A DNA stretch of 64,000 nucleotides from positions 147,432-211,431 of the forward strand of contig NMRA01000175.1 of the NCBI GenBank assembly GCA_002633005.1, written 5' to 3'. The notes under the pieces are model-generated. The model was not told where the DNA came from and made no database searches. It saw nothing but the letters and a program-made list of their open reading frames with translations. Positions 25,803 to 39,100 of this stretch are shown here, in pieces. Origin of the DNA: Phoronis australis (taxonomy: Eukaryota; Animalia; Phoronida). The translations under genes and the position numbers were made by a program. The first letter of the stretch is position 1. Each line of letters starts with the position of its first letter.

Positions 25803-27864
25803 CTGCTATTTCATGTAAACGTTTGTAAACGTGTCGAACGTGCTTGTAACTAATAAAAACATAATGAAGACTCAACTTCCGAGTCAGCTGAATACATGTC
25901 TGAATAAGCAACCACAATCAAAGTAAAAAAGTTCACTCTCATAATGTTTCATCAATGCTTTGTGTTCAATATTTTGTTTGTTAATATCTAACAGGTATTA
26001 ACAATTTATTCGGCAATTAACCTGCCTGCCATAACAAAAGACCCTTTTAGTTTAGACAACTAACGGTAATAAATTTGGTCTCAAATTGTTCTTCAGTCAA
26101 CTGAATTAGAGGTGATTTCAAGGCTTCGAGTGGCAATTCATTATTGCTTCAGACCAGGTTTTACAAGTGTCACGGCGTGTCAAGTTATACTCCGAGCATG
26201 TGATCTCAAAGAATAAATAATTGGAAATCTTTGCAAACCCCTAAATCACTTCCAGTATTAGTATAGAGAAAATTGAGAAGGCAAGTTCACAGCGGTAAGT
26301 GATCTAAATTAAAAGTTCGCTTCTTGGACGCCGGAGGGAGCGCGAGTTTATAGTCGGTTTAAAGATGTGGAACTTTTGAAAGTATTACAGCGGCTTTGAC
26401 TAATAGAAAAGTTGCCTCGACAACACTTTTTAAGCTAGCACTCGACAATCAGCCGACACTAAAAAACTTTCAACTGCAGTCAGCTTGCGCAGAGTTATTT
26501 ATCCTACCACGAGTTGTGTGAAATACATGCTGTAGATTAGCAGATCATTTAGTCTATTCACCTTAAACAAGTGTACAACGGGGAAACTTCTATTGGTACA
26601 TATCGACGACTCCTGCACTGCAAAACGACATCACGCAAATATTCGTGAAGTGTCGCAGAACAAAGCATAATGGCAAGCTATGCACGTGATCACACTCACT
26701 AGCTATACTTGTCAGGGTCCTGGGTCTACATGTACGTTACACAATCCCAGTTTGAAATGAACAAAAATCTGTGAATGAAACTTGACGTGTCAATGCCTGC
26801 AGCATTACTTCCCAAGGTCCGTTATTGATTACACGGTTTTATACAGTTCGGTGATATGTGATCAAACACACTGTAGTACAGAATTTGTTGCTGTAGTAGA
26901 CTTGCAAAGACCTTCAACCATCATAGGTGGAGGAAAACGGGGGCTCTCACATTTTTCAAAAAATCTAATCCTTTAATTAAAAATAGGCAACACAAGAAAT
27001 ACTGAAAAGATATTGAATGTTTTAGCTTATATTTTAAATCTACACTTACCCAGGTGAATGAAATGAAGGCGAAGTATTGTAAGTTCCTATTGATTTCTTA
27101 CTTTATTGGTCGGTAATAGGATTTTGCCAGCCACTGTTAATGATAGAGAAATGTCCCGATTATAAAAGGTCGTCTCCCACAAGGTGTGCAAACATGAAAA
27201 GTAGACCGTGGTTGGCTTAATAAATATATTATAGGTAATATATTACGACAAAATAGTGGTACAAATTCCACAATAATTAAGTCTTTTTTAGAAAGATGAA
27301 CAGTAATAAGGCCCATATGATCGCACGGAGAAAGAGAATGGGAGCAGATTGAGGTATTGTGCAGAGCTACTTACAATATGCTGCCACCAGGATACCAAAC
27401 CCTCACCTCAGGTGATAAGCTCAAAGGGGGGGTTATGTTTCCTCAAATGTTAGAAAAGTTGGCATGCGTTCGCTCTCTTATGTGTCGTGATGATAATAGC
27501 TAGGAGTAAAGGCGAGGCTGATAATTGAAACTGGTGCAGTAATATGGAAAGTAACAAAATTGCTAACAGAGAATAAAGCTGGGGTATAACGTGGCTAACA
27601 AAGGAAAGAACACTGAAGGTGATCTAAATGTATACACAATATGGTTAGATATAAATGAAGGGGGAGAGGTGCAGGCAAGACTGAAACATAGAGAGAAGAG
27701 GAGATAAAGTGCCAACACATACACCTGGTGAGGAGTGACAAAATGGTGGGGGGACCATTACAGTGTGAAAGTATCATCTGGTACTGGCAGCAGTTTGAGA
27801 TGGAGAAATGAGTTGGTTGCGAAGAATAGTGTTGTTAAGTGACGACCTTGTTGGTTCTTTTCAA

Positions 27865-28769
27865 AGGCGAAGACAACCTTTTTCATGTCATTTTTAGCAA
27901 AAATAAGGTTCGTTGATTATCTCAGACATATTTTTCACTTAATTACAGCTGTTTGTAATATAATTAATTATTCGTTCTCTACTGCGGAAGTGACGTTTTG
28001 GGAGGCAAGCATTTCGCGCCAATTTCTCTTCATATAGTCTGACTGTGAGAGCTGTCGAGTCCGTCATTGTTCTACCTCGGTTGTGATAAGTTCGGTCGTC
28101 CTTTGCTGTTGTTTGTGAGTCAGTCAAGATACCACACTGTTGCTGCATACCGGGAAGTACTCATTATCGCCCAGAGCCTGTAGGCAGCCCTGCTGCGATA
28201 TTGAGTAGTGGGAGCGAATACAAGCCCAGTTCGACACCCAGTGAACAGGACAGTTCGTCGTTCAATGAACAGATCGGTGAGCCAAACATTGATAAGATTA
28301 TTGCGGACTTGTCTAAAGTGTTGACTTTATTTAGAAGGTGCCAGTTGTGTGGAGATGGAGATACACGGCGGGATGTGAGCAGTTTATGGGCTCAGGTCAC
28401 TATGCAGTGGGAGTGTGTCGCGGGACACTCGGGCAAGTGGGACAGTTGTTCCTCTGTCTGTGAGACGATAATGAGTACATCCCGGTATGCAGCAACAGTG
28501 TTGCATGTTGAATGACTCGTAAACAAAAGCAAAAGACGACCGAACTTATCCCAACCGAGATAGAACAATGACTAACTCGGCAGCTCTCACAGTCAGACTA
28601 TATGAAAATAAATTGGCGCGAAATTCTTGCCTCCCAAAACGTCACTTCCGGAGTAGAGGGCGAGTAATTGTTTAAATTACCAAAAAGCTGTAATTAACTG
28701 AAAAATATTTCTGAGATAATCATAAACCTTATTTTTGCTCAAATTACATGAAAAAGGTTGCCTTCGCCT
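27865..28769 (+). mobile_element. Non-autonomous Kolobok-like DNA transposon
   Basis: ~270-bp TIRs AGGCGAAG...CTTCGCCT flanked by TCAA (27861-27864) and TTAA (28770-28773). Internal ORF 28201-28515 with L.LFRRCQLCG...WECVAGHSGKWDS resembles the Kolobok transposase zinc-binding region. Confidence 0.7.
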
Positions 28770-29463
28770 TTAAAGTGATAGCGATGAAAACAATTTTCGA
28801 CAGAGCTAATGCTCAAACGAAACACAATTGGGCATAGCTGCATGCGAGCCATTAGAAGCGGAGACTGTCGATGAATCAACTTCTCAATTAATAAACATTT
28901 TACACCATGTTTAACCGAGATGAAACAACGCATGTTTGTTAGACATCTTTTGTCGATTGGTTGAAAATTGTCCAACGACGCGTGCAAGCTTTCGAAGGAC
29001 AGTGTCTTCAGTAGCATGAAAAAGTTCAAATGATAAAAGTTTTCTCGAGGACATACAAAAGGCAAAACGGGAATATTGGGGCGACAAATCTCACAGGAAA
29101 CAAATATTTTGTTCTCAATTATGTGATAAATTGGAACCCTCTGTCGCACATTGTTTTGAAGTATGATTAGCCGTGACAAAAATAAGTGTAATATGCATCA
29201 AGTTGAGGTGTTACATAATCATTCTCCACAGTGCATGAGGATGCAGGGGCATTGTCAACTAATGAAATGGTCAGCGTGGTTCACCACAATACCTACATAC
29301 AAAAGATATACTTTATTCCTCAATACTACCACGAGAATTATTGTTGCAGTAACACTACTTATTGAGTGGACACAACTTTTTACATTTTGGATTTGCATTT
29401 TACGACCAGTGCTCAAAGAAAATTAGTAATTTATATTGGTCTGATGTGTTTGGATATTTATGT

Positions 29464-31560
29464 TACAGGTAATTGTGTGTAAGACTGTCTTTGTAGCGTA
29501 AGCCAATCAACATTGCAATCGCAAACTCGTCTATGGTTGGATAGTGGCCGAGTAGCAGAATTCCATGAAGTGCTCTCAAAATTGCCTATCAGAAAGTATA
29601 GATCCAATAATTGACCAGATTGCTCGTGGAGACATAGAAAGTGCAGCAGATGTTGTCACAAATCTGTATAAACAAACTGCTACATCGATGGCAATGTTTA
29701 TAAAGAAATGTGTTTATGCTATACGGCAGAGCAAACAACCACTTGGTGGAACAAAGAATTACAAATTGCAAAAAACCTAAGAAATCACTCTTTGAAAATT
29801 TTTCAGAGAGATTCCTCCCCTGGAATATTGGCCGTATACAATGAAAATGAGAAGCAATTCCGCATGTTATACAAAGAAAAAGAAAAAGAGCATCAATAGA
29901 AGTTGCTGGAAAATATTTTGGATAGTAGAAATGATCCAAAGCAATTCTGGGCTCTGGTAAAATCAAATTTTAATCTTAGTCCGAAGGAAACTTTGACAAC
30001 TTCAGAACGGTGGTACGTTTATTTTAATTTGTTGCTCACTCTGAACGGATAGAACTGGGCGACAATATGTCAGATGCGGTCGTAAGACAACAAGAAAATC
30101 ACAACATTTATTGTGATGCTTGTGACGAAAATCTACCCGGTGATCTGAACAGTTGTTTCTCATGTGAGGAAATTGATTGCGCTATAATGGACCTTATAAA
30201 CGGTAAAGCAGCCGCATTGATCATGTTAGCCATTGTTCCTGTATTGCAACTGTTTTTCAGTGGAATTTTCGCTACAAGTCATTACCCCCAGGGCTGGTGT
30301 GACGCAATAATTGGTCCCATATTTAAACAGGGTAACATTGAAGATGAGAAGAATTATAGAGGTATCTCATTGTTGTCAGCTATAGGAACACTATTCACCA
30401 AACTTTTGAATAACCGGCTTAGCACATGGGCTGAGGCAAATGGCGAACTTCGTGAATCACAGGCGGGATTCAGCAAGGGTTATTACACTCAAGACCAAAT
30501 GTTTACGCTTCAGGCCATGTGCCAAAAATATATCACTAAGCCGGGGGGGGGCGTTTTTATTGTGCTTTTGTCGACTTCTAGAAGGCTTTTGACAGAGTTT
30601 TTAAATTGCTGCTCTGGTATAGATTACAAAAAATTGGTGTCCGTGGTAACGTACTTTAAGTCCTGAAATCTATGTACATCAAATTACGTTCATGTTTAAG
30701 GATTCGAGAAGGGTTAACCGACTTTTTTGACTTTTCTGTCGGCACCAGAAAAGAGTGTATGACCAGCCTGCTATTGTTTGTCATGTATCGGAACGAATTT
30801 ATCGAAGTCTTAGATAATGCCCAAAACATTAGAGGGATTTATGAAAATGCGCCGGAAATCAACTCGCTATTGTATGCTGTTGACATGGTTCTGTGCTCCA
30901 GCACTCAAATTAATTTGCAAAGGATGTTAAACTGCCTTTACGATTATTGCTCTTCTTGGGGCATGAGTTAGACAATTGCTATCAAAATACGGTTTTTAAG
31001 AAATTTGGTTGAATGAATGTGTCACATGCGAAGTCTTGTTTTTAATTATCTTCAAGCAAAGAGTTAATGACTGCTACGAACAACGTTGGAGATCAGAAAT
31101 TGAACATAATGCAAAACTTAAATACTACTGTAATTTTAAGACCCTTTACTGTTTTGAACCATATCTTAATTTACCGCTACATAATATTCTTATTCAAGCG
31201 TTTACTGGGTTACGTTACTCTAACCATAGACTACAAGTGGAAGTGGGTAGACACGAGAAAGTGGAATATTATAATAGATTATGTTTGATTTGCAATGATG
31301 GTCTTGTAGAGGATGAATGCCACTTCCTGTTGATTTGCAAGGGATATTGTGAACTTAGATCACGTTTTATGAAAGAAGTTCAATGGAAGCACGCAACTCA
31401 AGAATCTTGTATACGCCTGCTAGCTAATGCAGATATATGTTATTAGATATGTGTATTCTGCCCTTAAAAGACGAGAAAAACTCTTAGGTGGGTTGACTGC
31501 GTGTGCAAATGTGCCTGTTTAATTTTTTGTTGATTGTACTTTCGGCCAAAGGCCTTTAAT
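29464..31560 (+). mobile_element. Decayed 5'-truncated non-LTR retrotransposon (RTE-X/CR1-group-like RT)
   Basis: PIFKQG......NYRGISLLSAIGTLFTKLLNNRL, ESQAGF, GTRKEC.TS.LLF, LLYAVDMVL (decayed YADD), and C-terminal LRYSNHRLQVEVGR...RLCLIC....VEDECHFLLIC. Frameshifts present. Followed by a microsatellite tail. Confidence 0.8.
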
Positions 31561-31587
31561 ACACACCCAGATACACAAACACACGCA

Positions 31588-31616
31588 CATATATACATAT
31601 ATATGTGTGTGTGTGT

Positions 31617-31702
<86 letters not shown>
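31588..31702 (+). repeat. (TG)n(TA)n compound microsatellite
   Basis: Directly visible. It resumes at 37466-37527. Confidence 0.95.
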
Positions 31703-31704
<2 letters not shown>

Positions 31705-34700
31705 TAAGAGAACTATACAGATCCGGGGCATTTTTATATATGAGACCTTTACTGTGGGGTTGCAAAAAATTGTGGGGTATATATAATGCCCCACAATTTC
31801 AGACCTATCAGAAACTGTTATTTGGTATGCACAGTGTCTCCACGTGTATTTTCTCAACAACTTGGTTTCATAAGGACATCCTATATATAACTCTGATTAG
31901 GCCCTCCCAAAAGATGTCACTGTTATTATGAGTGCCCTACTCCAGACTGCCATATGTGACCTACATTGGTACAGGGTTATGTAATGCCCATTAACTTAGT
32001 TGACCTTCCACTGTTTCAAGCCTCTGAGGTTTTGATTTTAGTGTTACACATGTAGAAGTGGAGTTGAACATCCGTTTCAGAGTTTGAGTTGAGACAAGTT
32101 TTACTTCGTTTTATCTGAAACGAGTATGTTTGAGTAGAAGATGGTTAATTCAAGATCTAAGTCTATGGTAAGTCTTTCAAATTTCTTAATATTTTGATTA
32201 TTTAACTTATTGCAAATTCATGTATCAGACTGGCATAATCATTATGAGCTGAAGAATCTCTTTTACTATAAGAATTCCAAGGAGTTGTAGATTTCTTTGC
32301 TTTATATTGCTGAGAATAATTGCACTTCGTAAGATTTTCCAGATTCACTGCGATATGGTACCTTTTCTAAGAGAATTCCTTACAATTAAGTGGGTGCCCT
32401 TCCGTGACGATTTTCCTACGAAATTCGTCCATTTTGTGGACTGGAACGCTACAAAAGGCCCTCTAAGAAGGAATCCGTGTATCAAATAAATAAGCAATAA
32501 TTATACATATAACAAATAATAAGAAGCAAATAAGCACTATGTACATGTTAGCATTTACACTAAAGCATATCTTGAGGCATTAAGTCAAATCGCTCATAAA
32601 ACTTTTACATTTTGATCTTGTTCAATCGTAAATGTCAAGCACAAACTTTTCCTTAAACAATATTTTACACTTCAAACAAGCGTGGAAAATTAGCCACCAA
32701 AGGTATTTCTGTGTTGTTTGCCCAGTTCTTTAATGCAGGATGAAACAGTACATGTTTTCACATTGATTCAATGTGAGGGATCTAATATCAACCTTAGATC
32801 TTTTTCGACCCTTAAATGAAGCCTTTGAAATCAGTGACTGAAAACCGAATCTCAAACTTGAAATGGGAAATTCCAGGGTAAAATAATTTCTTGAAGTTAT
32901 TTGTCTGAGTTTCCAAAATATACAGGTTCTCAAATCTTTACTATGTTCCTAGAATGTGTATTCACTAAACATATTTTCTGTTGTCATTAAAAGGACGGCA
33001 CAAAGACCAGACCAGACCATGTGAAAAAATACCTAAAATATCTTTGAATTCTCTGAGTAACTTTGACGTCTGCTTAAAAGACTCAATAAATAAGGGATGG
33101 TTGGTCTAAAGGTTCTGTGGCTCGACTGGTCAATAGTCCGAAGAAGTAAGGGAAATTTTATCTTGCGTTACCAACACGGTAGTTACCAAGAATAATTTGC
33201 AATATTAAACTAAGTGGTCGTAGCATGTTCAGGTTATTGTTCGTTGAATAAACACAATTTCAAGAAAGAGATCTTTGCCTGCTTTACAGAGCTTTACGGA
33301 ATTTTGAAAGATGGAGAATATGATGTAAAATTATCTGAAATCCTGAAGACATTTAATTCTGTAGATTACGGAATGATGTAAAAAAACTATTAACTAGTTT
33401 TCTGTTCCGACTATTGACTTTTCGGACAATTGTTTTCGAACTATAGACCCCTTGGACTATAGACAGCAATTCATTTCTATTGATAATTTTGATTTTTTTC
33501 AGATGAGAATGTTGTCAATCCATTCAGTTCAAGTGACAATGATACAGATGAAGGTAGAATTTGGTGCTTGTTTTCTCAGAGTAGTGAAACATGCAACTTC
33601 ACATGGGTGAGTTATGAAGGTGGTGTGAGTTTCAAATAAATAAAGTATCATGGGAAATATTATACATTTTCGCAGATTCTACAAATTTTCGCAAGGTTTC
33701 TGTAATTTTATTTTTTTAAACTCGTGAGTGCGAGGTCATAATGAATCACTACTTTGATTTATTACTTTCATAAGGTAACTACAGAATCATTTTGATTCTT
33801 GTTCCGCTAGCATACAGCCTGTTTTTCAGACTTAATCAACTAGCATTGTAAAACATTGCACATTTCCTTATTTGCAGCAGTTGGCTTCCCAACATATTTA
33901 TTGTTAACTAGGTGAATCATTTAATGTAGCAGAACAACTTTTAAGTTTTTAAAAAACTTTCAAACTCATGTTAATGGAAATTTAGAAGACAGCTTTAAAT
34001 AAGCCAAACAAATGAATGCAAATGTTAAGGTGCTGGATAGATCACAGCATTTATAATTTGTTTCAGATGAAGAAGTGAGCGGGTGCCGTTTTCGTCAGAA
34101 GGTGTCCAGTTCTGCTAAAATAACAAAGAATTTTCTCTGATAGATCGTCTGAAAGGTATTTCATGCAAATAAAATTACTTGTTTTTCAAATTTTAATATA
34201 CAATTTCTTTTTTAATTCAAACTTTATTTCTTGCCAAGGATATGGTAATACCTTTTCAGCTATTGTTTCTTTATTGTTTTGTGATGTGTTGAGATGGGTT
34301 GGTCGATCATATATTCCGAAGGACCTTTGATAGTGTCTAGTGCAAAGGAACTTTAGTTCAAAGGATTGTTAGTCTGAAAGTGATTAAGGTGATGACATTG
34401 CATCAGAGCTTATAGAAGACTGCACATTTGAGCACAATTAAGAATTATTGTGAATGCAAATGTTAAAGACTTTGTTTTGAAAATGGAAGGTTCTTTCGGT
34501 AATTTTTCTTGCCATCCTAGCCCTGTAACCCACCAATCGTGGTCATGGCGATATAGTTACCTTTCACTTTTTCATGCCTGCTAATCAGATTTATTTCAAA
34601 GTGTAATGCTCAGTGGACCAATCAGACCAATAGCTCATCCAAATAAAGACACTTCAGAAAATCAAAAGGATGCCAAACCCAGTTCTGACTTATTAAAACA

Positions 34701-34752
34701 TACAAAAACGACTTTACTCTCCAGTTTTCTGGAACAAAATAATGGTCTGTAA

Positions 34753-34838
34753 CATGGGCGGCGCACCATAGGGGGCTGGGGGGGGGGGGGCTNGGCGGGG
34801 GCTATACTCCCATTTTTTTCAGTTCTGCGCTGCCCATG
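34753..34838. mobile_element. MITE with CATG termini and 5-bp TSD
   Basis: CATGGGCGGCGCA...TGCGCTGCCCATG flanked by TGTAA on both sides. Contains an n. Confidence 0.7.
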
Positions 34839-36778
34839 TGTAACTCTCGACTACTCTTAAAAGTTCAGAAAAATTTGAAGCTATTTTGAAAGTCTGCTAA
34901 TAGGCTAAGCACGACTTACGCCTTGGAGAATTACACGGCAACTGTGGGAATAGACAACCCACCAAGGAACAAAATGCGAGATAGGGGCATGAGTTCTTAG
35001 TTAATTCCAGCTCTTTCAAGATTGGCGACAATGAGGAATTATCAAATGACAGGACCAGAATTGGTTGAATTCATCAAAACACGGTTTAGTGTCCTTTTTG
35101 TGAAGTCAATTTTTCACAAACAAAAAAAGCACACATTTTTCGGGTTAACACTCTTTAGAATAAAGGTCCTTTGGTTTTGATATCACAAACCTATGAAAAT
35201 GAAAGTAGTAATAAGAAAAACACAACTTAATTCAGAAGCTCAAAAGGCCACTGCTCCTTAAACGTCTTTCCGACTAACTTCCGGTTGGACTATCGACCTG
35301 CAGGAATGCTAAAAGGGGACACACGTAACAGATTTGAACTACAAAGAAATCACAAAAGTATTATTGTTATTATAATTGTTAATGTTATATTATCGTTTGT
35401 GTAAGACAGTATATTTTAGTAAGAATGTAGGATCCATGTCTATGGTCCGAAGCTCAAGTGTTAGCTCCAATCGAGTCCGACAACAAAAATCGGTCGCTCT
35501 AATGTACAAACCTCATAGCTAAATACATACATGTACGCCATGGTGTCAGGTATTTCACCATATTAACGGAAGGTACGCGTAAAGTATAACTAAAGATTCC
35601 ATTACTAAATATATACATCACAGGAATGACAGCTTTTGCAATGTGGGTAAGGACACCTGTCAAAAGATTAAAGTTCTACACCAAGAAAATTGTAAAAAGT
35701 GTAAAAAATCTTGAAACTAAGTAGATACCTCTCCGGCGTAAGTATAGTAAAATATACAAAAAATTCCTGCAAATCCCTAAAATTAACAAAAACTATTTAA
35801 TGACTGCTTTCACAATGCATGTATTATGAAAAACAACATCCTGCCCAATCTTCTAACTTTTATCAAAGCAAAATGTATTGTTTAAAATTTCAATTTTATT
35901 TTCAGGTGATACACTGAATAAATGTCACTAGTATGAAGTCTGGAAACTTCTAGGTTAAAGGAAAATTTGACTTAACTATGCAGTGATGCTGAAAGTGACG
36001 ATGACAATACGACAGTCCCCATGGAGGTGGGAAAAGAATAATCGGGATGTGTTAGTGACGCTAAAAGTGATGATCACAGGACATTTAATAAAGGTGTAGC
36101 AAAGTTAAGAGGATCTGCCTTTGATAATGAGAGTAGCAATGAGTATCATAATTATGTTTTTGTGTCTTAAGCTACATAGTGCCACCTCAGTTCCCGAGTC
36201 TTCATTGTCACCATCATCACTTCAACAACAGCCTTTCAAAGTTTTGTTAATTAGACAATGCAGACAAATGGCACTGCCGTTTTTGCAGTTTAAACATCTT
36301 TAAGAATAACTGCTTTCAGTTATTGAGAATGGTAATCACTATGTATCATCATTTTGTATGTAAAAAGCAAACACGATTTAATCTAAAACTATCACATTTT
36401 CTTTAATTAAATTTGTAGTCACAATTGTCACTAAGATGGTCGGAGTCTGAAATTGTGGTGACTGGAAGCCTGCTAAGATCCGCAGGATGAAACTTTTAGT
36501 AAATGTATATCACAAGCATTGTTTCTATGGATGTATATGTATACTATATTTTTGGTGCCCATTTGATTTTAAAGATAATTTGGATATTTATAGTTCACTG
36601 TGTGCCAGATCAATAAATGATTTTAAAAGTTTTCATCTGTGAGAGTTTTTATTGGCGAATTAAGCAGTAATGTTATTCACGATGGTTTCAACGAGTTTGT
36701 AGTAGAGTATTTTTATCAAAGGTATCAACATACACCGTAGAGCCTGACAGAGATGGCGTCATCTACTCACGTTTCAGA

Positions 36779-36973
36779 ATCAGACAACGGACAATTGCCG
36801 CACATTACTTTCCCTGTATCTCTTACTCTCATTTCACTTCGTGGATATGACTTGAATGGTAATCGACACTTGTTGTCCCTCTGTACATGTCCTGATGATG
36901 TCTTGTTGAATAAGACGAAACGTTGAATTACCACGAGCTTCTTTACTTGTGTGGCAATTGTCCGTTATCTAAT
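36779..36973. mobile_element. Small inverted-repeat element (~26-bp TIRs)
   Basis: ATCAGACAACGGACAATTGCCGCACA vs TGTGTGGCAATTGTCCGTTATCTAAT (3 mismatches). Confidence 0.55.
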
Positions 36974-37465
36974 CGTACTTTGACCAAAAATGATGTGGTT
37001 TCAGAATTTTAACAGATAAAAGGATCATTCATTTTTAAGTTTGAAAGTGGTAAAATCTGTTGTGGACCCATACACGTTATTCCAGTGGTCTTTGGAGGAG
37101 TGTATTTTTAGCACATAAAAACATTAACCGGATGTGACATATAGATAGTTGCAGGGCTTGTATATTAGGTGGAAAACCGGGTTATAAAAATACTGGGGCA
37201 TATATCTAATGGGACATATAAAGTTGCGGGGTATATATTGTATACACCCAATGGGACATATATACTTGCGGGCTATATATTGTACTGAGGCATATACCTA
37301 GCGAGGTATATATAATTGCGGGATATATATTGTTCCGGGACATATGTCCAATGGGGCATATATAGTTGCGGGCTATATATTATATATATACCCCGGAACG
37401 AGGTCTCAAAATTTTACCCCACATCAAGGTTTCAAATAATAACCCCGTATCTGAATACAAACATG

Positions 37466-37504
<39 letters not shown>

Positions 37505-37569
37505 GTGTGTATATGTGTGTATATATAGATATTTTTGTGTCAATTCTGTGATTAGAATAGAGAATTTTA

Positions 37570-39100
37570 ACTATCAGCCAATATGGCATCATAAACAGAA
37601 CGACATTGTATTATGAAAGAGGGTATGAAAAAGGTATTAATGACTTGTTTGACTCAGACGGAAAGTTAATGTCTTATGAGTTTGTAATAGGGTAATAGGT
37701 AAGATTTCTCTCCACCCTTAACTAATTTTAATGGTCTCCTGAGGGCCGTTTTTCAATTTAACAAAGATTCCAGAAATACGAATTACGACAAGGCTTCCAA
37801 ACTTCCCCAAAGTGTTCGAACGAAAATGTATATTCCAACTTAATTGAATGCCTTTACAAAAACAACCCATTGGCTGATGTGGAAATTGCGCGTCAACGTT
37901 ACTGATGCACCCACATGGTGGAGGGAGGGGCATACCTGTTCCCTTACTTTTGGTTCCAGATAAGATTAAGAGTTATGGCCACAAATGTATTTCTTGTCAA
38001 AATTGGCATCAAGCAATCAAATATCTGTACATTTGGTAACCAAGAGGTATAAAATATGACCCATCTCAATTGGGATTGTATTGCGACCAATAATTTCTGG
38101 TCTGCAATCAGTCATTGGTTTTTGCCAAAACACAAGCTTTACTCAATCGTCTATAGACGTTTTCTCTGGCAAATTACACAACTTATCAGAATACAATTAA
38201 GTTACTCATTTTTCTGGGAAAATATCCCATATAGCCCAAAAGACACAGAAATTATTCTCTCTCAAATTCAATTTTCAAGAAGAATGTGTTTACATATAGT
38301 CAATTTGAAAAGTATCTCTAATTTAGAAATTGTGAATATGAAAAACTTAGCAATAGATGGTCTTCTCTGATTCTTTTTTGTTGAGAGTGCACGGGTTCTA
38401 TGTTTGTGGTCAGGTCTCGAAATGCGCACGCGTGAGTGTGGTGTCTGTGTGTGGCCTTTGTTTATTGTACATTGCTTTTGTATTTTCAATAAATGTACGA
38501 AAAATCTGTTATTGCTAGTCTGATATGTAACGTCTTTAAGGGACTCCTTCACTATGGCCAATTCCTTAGCAGTGGCTAGATAGTGCGATCATTCAGTTGT
38601 TCAAAGGAGGGAAATCAGACCATGTAAACAACTACAGAGGAATAACTGCGCAGCATAATTTATCAGAACTGTATACTAGACGCGTAAATCTGTCAACTGA
38701 GATCAACAATCGGTCAGAAACTCAAAGTGGTTTCAGTCAATGCTAATTTCGTTCTCAATACACTTGTGGGATCAACCCTCTCGAAAATGTAATTTATTAC
38801 AATTTTTGTCGACATGTTGATTTTAGCAATGAGCTATGCTCTTGGTATAGCTAATTGATTTTAGCAAAGACTTCGATTGCATGAATAGAAATCAGCCTTC
38901 GACAAAACTGACCGCTGGAAATGTGAGCTTCAAGATGAAACACGTTGAGGAATACATGTATCTACAGATACGTGAGTGTCAAGACAATCAATCAAAAATG
39001 ATCTTCAGATGTTTTTGTGAAAAAAGTGTGTTAGACATGGTTGTAAATTGTCATCTTCTTGTTTAAGTTTTCGTCAGTGACGGAGAAGATTACTTGAAAC
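37570..39100 (+). mobile_element. Paralogous decayed LINE remnants in unit 2
   Basis: Clear nucleotide similarity to 7985-9480 (e.g. MTHLNWDCIATNNFWSAISHW). Confidence 0.5.

Larger units (their letters stand above)
31703..37465. mobile_element. Putative ~5.8-kb TIR element inserted in a (TA)n microsatellite
   Basis: Flanked by (TA)n on both sides. Imperfect inverted ends (CAGATCCGGGG.. vs ..CCCCGTATCTG) with subterminal GGGG/CGGG-TATATA-type repeats (37195-37450). No recognisable transposase. Confidence 0.45.

Noticed and set aside
31519-31931. Low-complexity ORFs (YIYI/HTHT/VCVC; also 1763-2083, 4958-5173, 25665-25917, 37316-37592)
   Set aside because: These are translations of micro- and minisatellites.
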